NCBI GenBank assembly: GCA_963514005.1
Contig: OY740782.1
Span: 77,190,001 to 77,254,000 of the forward strand
Source of the DNA: Raja brachyura
Taxonomy: Eukaryota
Direction of reading: 5' to 3'
Length of the DNA: 64,000 nt
Every line of letters begins with the position of its first letter. The stretch's first letter is position 1. The notes beneath the pieces are model-generated. The model worked only from the letters and a program-made list of their open reading frames with translations, was not told the DNA's origin and made no database searches. The position numbers were made by a program, and so were the translations under genes. Of this stretch, positions 54,559 to 64,000 are shown piece after piece.

Positions 54559-55207
54559 CTGGCAGACTCGACTTCCAGAGGTGGGTGGCTTGAGGTTGCT
54601 CTTTTGAACAGCAGACTTGACCGTTCCACCCATTGGTAATTGCCCAGGGCTGGTAGCTCTCCATGGGTAATAATGTTTCGTGTCTCGGTTCTCCCGGGGC
54701 GCTGATCGTGGGGACAACAGGTACATCCAAATAGCTGGGCATTGGTTGGTATGGCCCCGCGTAGCCTTGGTAGAAAGCAAACTCCTTAGCTCGGGTGGTG
54801 AATTCCTCGCCGGCGGACGTGTCCATATACTTGTCGGCAGGATAGCCAGACAAGGTGGAGGGCTGCGCACAGGACTTAATGCTGCTATGGTGGCTCATTC
54901 GGCAAGGATAATAACTGCTCCCAAAGTATCCATAAGGAAGAGAAGCACTGGAGGAAGTTTGAGCAGCTGGACAAGGACTACATTGTTTGACAGGTTCAAC
55001 AATGCCAGAGGCTGGTAGTTCACTCGACGAGTACGCAGAACTGGGGGCTAAGGATGCTGGATGGGCCATCAAATTCCTGCATTGGTTTGCTGTGAAGTTC
55101 CCTCCTGAAAATCCATCCATGCTTTTATTAATTTCATCCAAATTATTGTCGTAGACGAACATCACCGTGTCGATCCAGCGGGGATGAAGTATCACTGACG
55201 CTGTCAT
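54559..55207 (-). CDS. hoxa13: HoxA13 exon 1
   Basis: ATG at 55207 gives [21 protein letters not shown] (the ORF track starts at an upstream TTG). [15 protein letters not shown] and [13 protein letters not shown] motifs; donor CCAG|GTAAAT; 297 aa in total. Confidence 0.96.
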
Positions 55208-55284
55208 ATCACGTCCAACATTGAGACTAGTGGCCGTTTTAAAAGCCCCCAAGACTGAAAAGAGATACTGAATCTCTCAGACTT

Positions 55285-55360
55285 ACCAGCATTGACGCGC
55301 CAGTGTCGCTGAAAGCCGCCTCCTCATTGGCTCCCACTTTTTCCACGTGATATGCAAAGT
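55285..55360 (-). promoter_or_regulatory. HoxA13 proximal promoter
   Basis: CCAAT (attgg at 55326-55330), E-box CACGTG at 55344-55349, GC-box-like ccgcctcc. Confidence 0.55.
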
Positions 55361-58300
55361 AGATGATAAACATCTGAAGAATTAAAAAGGTAGATGCTAC
55401 CATCGTCTAATATAGTAACGTTGGGGCATTTAGGTGAAACGGTAATTGGAATTAAATACGTATCTCAAAGTATTGAAATGCCATCGATGCACAAAATAAA
55501 CCAGTTTATGGGATTGAAAGAGGTGGGTTTACATTAAAATGCCTGATCATGCTGGAAAAAGCAATATTTTGCACACACATACAAATGCTCGATGTTAAAT
55601 ATGTTGTTGCTGCGTTTAGCAAAATTAATTAATCATATTTATTGGCTTTACGCCGTAAAATGTTTAAAATATCGGGGTTCTGTGTTGGCGCACGATTATC
55701 AGGCGAAGTTTAGTTGCTCTTTGGTTAGATGATTTTACGGTTCATCCTTGTTATCGAACGTATCTCCTATCAATTAAATGCGGCCTTCTTTGTCAAACAG
55801 GGTCTCAGTTAACCAAAGCGGGGCGTTAGGATGGGTTAGCGCCACACCTTACAATGTATAAATAAAATTACGAAGTGTTTTTAACTAATAGGAAAATAAC
55901 GTTTGGAGAAATAGGTAGCTGCAGCAATTTTATAGTGAAAAGGAAACATCTGTATGACCTTTATATTGCTTCATGACATAACTCGTTAAACCAAATGGTA
56001 ATAATGCCCAAGCAAAGTCCAAATTTATACTGAAGTGGATGTTTGCTAAAAAGTGATAATCATTTGAAAAAAAAATCTGATCACCCTCGCTATAATATTT
56101 GTGAATAAAATAAACACCAGAGCAGTGTATGTTGAAATCAATTATTTTCAATTTTTGAAATATTGCTGAATAAGTCACTTTGTATTTCCATTCGCCCGAA
56201 CAACTGAGATATTTACCCGGAGCAGTAATGGAGAAATTTCCAACAACCTTAAAAATACATTTAATATCAAAGGACATTTATAACAGATAGGAATATAGAC
56301 ACAATATTTTCTTGCCATTTTAATATAAATATCTGAATTCTTTCTTCCCCCGCTATTGCAATCTGTTGGTGGTAGCTCGCTTGCTACAAAATGTATATTC
56401 GCTGAACATTCTGAACAACAGCATTCGCATAATTGGATTTCACATTAAAATATAAATGAATGTATTTTACGAGTAACTGGCACATTCAAGTCCATGGTGA
56501 AGCGATGGAATTGCGAATTATATAATATCTGCCACATCTGTGAATTTACTAAAACTATAAATATTATTTATTTTATAACACCTATCGCGTTATTAAAAGC
56601 ATTATTGGATACGTATACGCCTAAATAGGCGATGCATTTAGAATTAACGGTGACATTTGGCGGAAAGCATGGCCATAATCCGTCACAGATATCACACGAT
56701 GAAGAAGAGCGGCTGGTAAAATGGAAACAACGGTAACCAATACTATTCGACTGTAATAGGTCATCGTAAAGAGTGATTTTAATTTCAATTTTAGCCATTT
56801 AATAGGACCTTACGGTAAGTGGTATCAAACCCATATCGTGATGAGCGACCTCATCAACCCTGTTTCAGAGTCGTTGGTCTTAGGTCTCTGGCTGAAGACC
56901 TAGTTCCTTAAGTGATGCAACTGGCTCGAGCAATCTTTTTACTATTTAAATGCTTTTTTATTCTTTATATTCACTACCTTACCCTCCCCTGCGGTCACTA
57001 TTTTTCTATCGCTCTCTTTCCTGTTTTACTTGCCCTTCTCTTTATTTTCTCGCTCTGTCTTTTTATCGTACTCTTCTTATACAGGGGCCAGGCAATCGCT
57101 AAAGGAGTAGTTAATGGCGTTCATTTAATCCTATTTTAGAAAGTGGAAGTAATACGAAGCCTAAATATTTGGGGACGATTTCAGATGCAGCCGATCGTTA
57201 TTTCGGCAGAGAAGCTGATATTCCAATTATAGCCAGTAAATACTCTCCGACGGTTCCCGTTGCATCAAATCGTATAATTAAAACATAGTCTTTCAACCGT
57301 CCAGAGATATTATGAATTAACTTTCCTTTCGGTATCCAAAGTGTTCAACAGTTTTCCAGTTTATAATTGCGGAAAATTGATTGAAATTAATTCAAACGAT
57401 ACAGTGCTGCAGCCAAGTTAAATTAGAGCTTTCTCACAAGATCTTGGGCGATTATTCTTTCACATCCTTGACCAGAGTACTCGGTGGGGGATCGTTTAAT
57501 TTATACCCCAGTGATTATTATGTGATAAGGCGATTGGTACTCGTGTGTATCTGTCATCGACTGACAAAGATTCGCTTCCTTCCATAATTATTACTCGGTC
57601 GATCTCATCACAATAAGCATTGATTACATTTTCCCATACATTGTCAACAAATGTTATTTTTAAACTTTGTTGTAATTTTGCAATATTTTTTAAAACATTG
57701 ATTCCACGTTAATTCTTAATAACGCCGTATCTGTTCAGTTAATCTCATCATTTATACCGAAGATGGATTACATTTAATTATGTAGTATTTGTTTCACTGG
57801 AATATACATTTATCTGATAAATAGGTATGTTTGGTTCAACCTGAATTCATTAAAAAAAAACACAGTTTTATACGGCGACAATTTTTTATTGAGCATTAAT
57901 TAATCGTGATGACTGCCCCCCCCCCCCCCCCCCAATGCACGTTGAATTCAACCACATTCTGCGCTCCTTGGTGTAGGTTGGATCTTCAGTGTCTTCCGCT
58001 TTCAAAGAGCATTATTTTAAGGAAAGGGTGCGATATAAATACATTCTGCACTATATACAAACTGGCACATTGCAGATTATGCTACAAAATGGCAGCAATC
58101 AAATGGGCAGCTCTTTTACATACGGGTTAGACACGGCTAAAGGCCAAGGTCAAGTTGAAAGTTGCCGTCTAGCCAAAGTGAGTGCTGTCATTCACGCGTT
58201 GACGACCATGTCTGAATTCTTATAAAGGCACGTCGTGAGAATTGACTTTTTCATTACCGTTTTGTTTGTTTTCTTTTGTTTTCACTCACAACCCTCTAAA

Positions 58301-59549
58301 TGAAAAAAAGTCCACTGACCATACCGTCATCATTTCCAGGCTGTTTCTGCATGGTTGGTAAAGGATGTGAAATGGATGCAGTCGCTTTGAGATATATTGC
58401 AAATTATACAACATTACATCCGGTTTTAATGCACTGTTTACGAAAGTTCTTGTTTTGAACTGAGTGCACTATAGGCACGTCTATGTTCCTTGGAAAGGTA
58501 GGGGCAATCGGAACACGCTTAACTATACTGATGAACACTGCGCCAAGTATTGAGGGCCATGCTGCGGTGCCAGGAGTTATCTCCGGGCACGGTTTCAAGC
58601 TATTATTGGATCCGTACATCAGCAATGAAAAGCTTACATTCTGACAATGTGCAATATCGACATGTCTAAAAGGTAACCGTGTCCAAGAGATAACTCTTAA
58701 GAAGTAAATGCCTACGTCTCGTAGGAAAGGTATCTTTAGCACCATGCAAAATATCAATTTAGTCGTATAATCGTTGTCTACGGTTTTGCTTTCAATTATT
58801 TTACAGTCTTTCATGCGTAAGCGCACGCACTCAATATTTGCAATGTGTTCTCAACCATTTTTTTGGTTTGTCTTTTCGGAATTATGTAGTGAATAATATC
58901 GCTTAATTGCACAGAATGCGTATCTGCAAACCAAACTATCGCAGAAGCAAAACTTGAAGTAACCAAATTTGTGAGAATGTAATACTAATTAATGGGTTAA
59001 TAAATCGCTACCGCTAAAACACGTAAACAACTGTTCTCCAATAAGAATATTAGTTTGAAGACTCAATTCATAGCATTAACTTGTCGGTTTCATTTCCAAC
59101 ATTTTTGGGGGGTGGTTGGGTTAATTGGTAAATTGATTTTCCATTTTCGAATAATAAAAATGTTTACGTGATCCAGCAATTATTAAATCTCCAAATTGCA
59201 TTAGTCAAATATCTCTGGGCACTTATCTGTCATAGTTCTTTGAATCAATACTACGTGGCTGTTAGAACTTAGTTTTCCTACATTTTAAACCATCTATCCA
59301 AAGTCTACAGAGTTAAAACTATTTCCAGCATGCCATAAAAATATGCTTAGACCATCTCAAAATTACTGTCTAGTTTGTTCTTTAGGAAAAACTGCCTGGT
59401 TTATGCCTTTAAAGGGGAAATATCACCCACTCTTTCTCGGGACTGAGTCTAAAGGGGTAATCAACATGCATGCTTTTTTCTCTCACCTTTATTGATAATT
59501 AATGCTGCAAATTACACATGCCAATCTAATAATTGTTTGATAAATAATT

Positions 59550-61210
59550 TACTGGGCAACAATTTGAAATCAGATTTTCTGTCATAAAGGTCATATGGTA
59601 AGATTCTATTTATAAAATACAATCACAATGTATTCACTGCTCCTAGAAATGTCTCATATCGTACTTTATACTCCTGTTTATAGAAGTAAGGCGATGTGTT
59701 AAATCCACCAGAAAAACGTGGTGCTGCTCAATTATGCATGTACTACATTTAATAAAGTCATTTCTCCATTTTGGCCGCATTCATTGCAGTGACATATGTG
59801 ATGGTATTTCCTAAATCAATTAACTTGCAATACTTTGCATATGTCTGTGTGTGCATCTTACGAGTCATATTTGGGATATTTATACGATTGTTTATTCAGC
59901 ACTGCACATTGATTACTCAAAAGACTCTGCACATGATTCCTTTCTGAAATATTGTGGAATGTCCAGGAGCCTAAGTGAGATTTTAAAAATGATTAATTTG
60001 TTTCGCTGCCCATGAACAATTTTTGCAAAATTGTAACATTTGTATCAATAATTGCATATACAATACAGATTGAACATGGTTCCCTTTTCATCGCTTAATA
60101 CTTATAGATATAAGAAACATGCATTCATCGTTATATTGAAACATGTCGTCAAGATAGACTTTATTGATATATTGGATATCACTGGAGAATCACCATCACT
60201 TGTGAGACTCAGATTTGGCAAGGAATACGTATATGTCATAATGTTTGCATTACTGGAATTGTCAATCTTATTGTACAGCAATACACCAAATATTTTACAT
60301 GGGAATTTGTATCGTATTGGTCACTGTGAAGCATTGACAAGTTTGAAACTAACAATTCCCATTTAATCCACATTTATTAATGTCAGTCCAATATTCAACA
60401 CAAAATGTCATTCACCTACATTTGCAAATATAGCTTAAGGATACAATTTATTGAATTAGAATGAATGTAATAATTACATTTGTATATGTACTTTACTTGG
60501 TTTTTCGCGCAGGTATGTGCGTGAGGAGGGGGTTGTTTACACATGGTATTACCTTATTTATGCTTAGTAAGTGTAAATGTATTTGCCAATGTTGCCATCT
60601 GAAATGGGTGAACATTTAGAAAAAAGGTAGCTGTTGCACACTGTCAACTGCTTCATAATAATCATTACCCATTGCTGTACTGTTATCATTGATATTATTA
60701 CATGCAAATTTGCCCTTTAATTAAACAACGCAATTTGCAAAGAAAACACATCGTCTTTTCGGCAAATGTATTCTAACGAAGTACAACTGGAATCTTATTT
60801 ATCAAACAACTTGCTATGCGTAATAAGAAACCCAATTGTGCACATGTTTTGTTTCATTCGAAATTTGCCACTAATTTAAATGTTTAGCCATCTGTTCATA
60901 CCTTTCGGGGGTGGGGGGGGGGGGGGGGGGGGTGCACCTTTTATACTTTAAACCTATCTACAATGTCATTTTTTTTTCGTCTTGAGGACGCTCTTCGTAA
61001 ACATTAATCAAAGGTAAATAAAAGGACATTTTCTGTGTAACGTTAGACACAAAAAGCTGGACTAACTCAGCGGGACAGGCAACATCTTTGTAGAGAAGGA
61101 ATGGTTGACGTTTCGAGTCGACACCCTTCTTCGGATTTTGTTTTGGTCAATAATAACTGCATTATTAGTTACAGTTAGTTGGAAGCTAACGATCCTTTTT
61201 TTCTCTGACG
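59550..61210 (-). pseudogene. Possible heavily decayed HoxA14 pseudogene (split homeobox remnants)
   Basis: Collinear minus-strand fragments RQRKK/RI..S.QLT....A (61210-61157), VTQKMSFYLPL (61041-61009) and CAG|KI*FQ...Q (59578-59552). Eye comparison to a recalled Hox14 homeodomain only. Confidence 0.35.
61045..61134 (-). mobile_element. Half-copy of the palindromic hammerhead-motif repeat family
   Basis: agacacaaaaagctggactaactcagcgggacaggc...gacgtttcgagtcgacacccttcttcgg aligns to the left arm of 63237-63330. Confidence 0.85.
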
Positions 61211-62511
61211 CAGATCTTCCAGAAATCGGAATTCGGTCCGCCATTACAATATTTTACTCCCATTAAAAAAAAAGGTTTGGACCCCTTTAAGATATTTTCG
61301 CTTTTGCTTCTTATTCTAATTGCAACCCTCTCTGGTTTGTTCGTCTGCTATCCTGCCCAAACGTCACCATTATCACTGCCACACCCTCGCCCATACCCCA
61401 GCAAACAGAAACAAACGCACCATAATCGCTACTAATTTTACATGTTCGTTTTGTCGTTGTACTTCAGGGGTCAGAAAGCAGGTTTCCTCGCCAGAACTGT
61501 TGGGTTTTGCCATCTGGAAATTGATATTATGGATTCCCTACTTTTAACTGAGTTCTTGGGTGGCCAGGCCAGGGAGAATCATTGCTTCGAGCTGCGAATG
61601 CAGCTAAAATCAACGCTAATTATTAATTATTTGATTTAATTGGTCTACTGTCTTATAGACTTTTTACTTTGCATGATTGTGCCTAATGCATAATAGGATC
61701 GTCACCGAATTGAATGGAAAAAAAATGCATTTCACCGTACTTAGGTGTACATGACAATAAAGTACAATTAAACCATTGTTTTATTCACTATGACTTTTGT
61801 AAAGCTTTATACTTACCTAAAAAATCATAACCAGCGATTAAAAGTACATGGTAGTATTTAATGCATTATTTTCAATAAACTATAAACTAATAGCTAAACC
61901 TCCTTAGGTAGTTTTACGTACATATATGTGGAGTTCTGTCTTCCTGTCGACACTCATAATAAACTCAAGGAAAACGATTCAAGTATTATGGAAATTTAAA
62001 AAATCATCCCTAGGTTAAGACCCATATTTTATAAATATGGAACATCAATAGATTTAAGTATATACGAATTACGATTAAAAAGGAAAATATGTTTTCTGTG
62101 ATGTAATGTAACTGGTACCCACACTATATTAAATCAACATTTTATGCATCGTATACATGTATTAAGTGTGAAGCTAGACTATATGCCAAAGGTACAATAG
62201 TAAATGTCTAGGACGATATTAGTACACGTCATTCATTTGGTACTGTTGCATTAGCGTTGATTTTAGTACAAAATGTAACTTAATTGCACATTTTAATATA
62301 TTGATATCTATGTTTCTTAACTGTAGTTACTGTCGCTTTTTTTCCTATACACTATATTGGTAAGCTGGATATATGAACTAGTTCTGGACATTAATATATC
62401 TTGAAAATGTCATATCTAATATTTAACTCCCGGTTATTGGAACGCATATTTGTGACTGCAAAATCCAGAATGGACATCTGCGATATATACATAGATATAT
62501 AAATTTTCCAA

Positions 62512-62577
62512 AGATGCTGTCTGTCCCGCTGATTTACTCCAGCCTTTTGTGTCTATCTTCGGTTTAGAGCAGTTCCT

Positions 62578-62580
<3 letters not shown>
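62512..62580 (+). mobile_element. Truncated copy of the same repeat family
   Basis: agatgctgtctgtcccgctgatttactccagccttttgtgtctatcttc...gcagttcctt. Confidence 0.8.

Positions 62581-62650
<70 letters not shown>
62578..62650. repeat. (TA)n-(TG)n compound microsatellite
   Basis: Directly visible; abuts the repeat fragment. Confidence 0.95.
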
Positions 62651-62653
<3 letters not shown>

Positions 62654-63234
62654 TATACACATCTATCTACATGATTCTTTTTATTTTGTTTTTCCGTGCT
62701 AATAAATCATTAATTCTTGAAGAATCGTCGCACTGTATACTATCCAGCAATTATTTACGGTGCACCTCTATTAGGTAATAGCTAAATGTATTCCCAAACG
62801 AATAATTATTCAAAACCAGTTCATCGTTGCTCTTGGAATTTGTACGGGCTTGGTCTTTGAATTTATGTGGAAACATTTCGAAACAAAATCTGCACATCCT
62901 TCTTTACAGTTGCCTCCGATAAAGTTTGCACGAAAGGAGGGTCCGATTATTTCCTCTTTCTCCAACAAAGGTGTTTCCTGGGTAGTAAGCTGTACCTAGT
63001 CAGCTTACCTGCAGGCTGTTGAAAAACTGTCACAATATAATGATAACATGTTACTATTACATTGTACGGTTGCTTTTAGACCCAATGCCTTCTTTATGTC
63101 AGTTTATGTACCCCAAATGTAAAACACGATCGACTTGGTACTAAACTCGGTCCTATAGTCGTAGATTGGCGCTCTTTCTGCTGCATGGAGGCAGCGTGAA
63201 ACTACAATAATCAGAAGATCTAAATGAAGTCTTC

Positions 63235-63455
63235 GGGGGTTACACAAAAAGCTGGAGAAACTCAGCGGGTGCAGCAGCATCTAAGGAGTGAAGGAGATAG
63301 GCGACGTTTCGGGTCGAGACCTTTCTTCAGACTGAAGAAGGGTCTCGACCCGAAACGTCGTCTATCTCCTTCACTCCTTAGATGCTGCTGCACCCGCTGA
63401 GTTTCTCCAGCTTTTTGTGTAACCCTCGATTCTCCAGCATCTGCAGTTCCTTCTT
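63235..63455. mobile_element. Palindromic non-autonomous element with a 14-bp target-site duplication (Penelope-like derivative inferred)
   Basis: 98-bp inverted arms around a single A at 63331 with 3 mismatches; direct repeat TAAATGAAGTCTTC at 63221-63234 and 63456-63469; CTGAAGA-stemloop-GAAAC core on each strand. Confidence 0.9.
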
Positions 63456-64000
63456 TAAATGAAGTCTTCCACGTGGAAAATTATTTGAGTATTTGCGCGA
63501 GGTAGTTGGTATCAGGCAGTGTAGTCCAATAGCATGTGAGGTATTCTATTTGATAATATTTAAGGGAAAGATGAGACTGCTATGTTTCGCAAATGTATTG
63601 CATATTTTCCGACTATTTAATAGATGGCAAATTATTTTAATTATCACAAAATACTGCATTTATACCTACAAAAACGCAACACAGGTGATTTTATTTTGCT
63701 TTTGCTTTTGGTTGATCGACAATTTACCGAATCTTTCTAAATTAATCTAGCCTGAAAATGTTTGATTGAAAATGTTTTAAATCGATCGTAAACTGTCTCC
63801 AGTGACTAACTCGTTCTCTGTGCATCCCCACCATACCGACAGAAGGCAGGTTATGAATTATTTTCCGTTGGATTAAAAAATCAGGGATGCCACCAGCATA
63901 TCGCCAGTCTGTTCATCGGGATATCTCTTAATCTGACCAGTCAGATGAGAAAACCGATGAGTCTCTATATCTCCACAGAAACCCTGTCTGACTCTTGCAT

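Noticed and set aside
16761-55018. Plus-strand and alternative-frame ORFs overlapping Hox exons (e.g. 16761, 17616, 27945, 28301, 41175, 54538, 54680)
   Set aside because: Shadow ORFs of GC-richer coding sequence; no independent motifs
55400-59500. HOTTIP-like lncRNA and the 140-aa ORF at 58404-58826
   Set aside because: No sequence-level evidence for a lncRNA; the ORF shows no recognisable domain
61690-61780. Segment resembling a LINE/SINE 3' end (ttcaccgtac...atgacaataaagta)
   Set aside because: Too short and degenerate to call without a database search
61905-61912. Isolated miR-196 8mer match
   Set aside because: Not within any supported transcript; a single 8mer can occur by chance in 64 kb
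63235-63455. Palindrome read as a CRISPR array, rho-independent terminator or miRNA gene
   Set aside because: Eukaryotic context, no repeat-spacer structure; the TSD and dispersed copies show it is a mobile repeat

Overview
Vertebrate (not microbial) DNA: the posterior part of a HoxA cluster, all genes on the minus strand in the order HoxA7, HoxA9, miR-196, HoxA10, HoxA11, HoxA13. HoxA6 would lie left of the window and Evx1 right of it. Compact proteins without poly-Ala tracts and the repeat types suggest a cartilaginous fish, probably a skate or ray (inference). I reconstructed exon boundaries by hand. HoxA7 (208 aa), A9 (260 aa), A11 (280 aa) and A13 (297 aa) splice cleanly with phase-1 GT-AG introns. 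HoxA10 has a 5-bp tandem duplication that frameshifts away the homeodomain; it may be real or an assembly error. Most interesting observations: (1) the HoxA10 frameshift; (2) an in-frame stop that turns the mammalian-type HoxA10 N-terminal extension into a 3-codon uORF; (3) a young ~197-bp palindromic insertion with a 14-bp target-site duplication and back-to-back hammerhead-ribozyme-like cores, with three related half-copies; (4) a possible decayed HoxA14 pseudogene with a split homeobox upstream of HoxA13; (5) a miR-196 circuit with host exon, hairpin and 7 perfect 8mer sites in the HoxA7/A9 3' UTRs; (6) a candidate long-transcript leader exon carrying a 60-codon ORF; (7) loss of the HoxA9T splice acceptor. 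Four N-gaps indicate a draft assembly. All comparisons to other species are from memory and were not computed.
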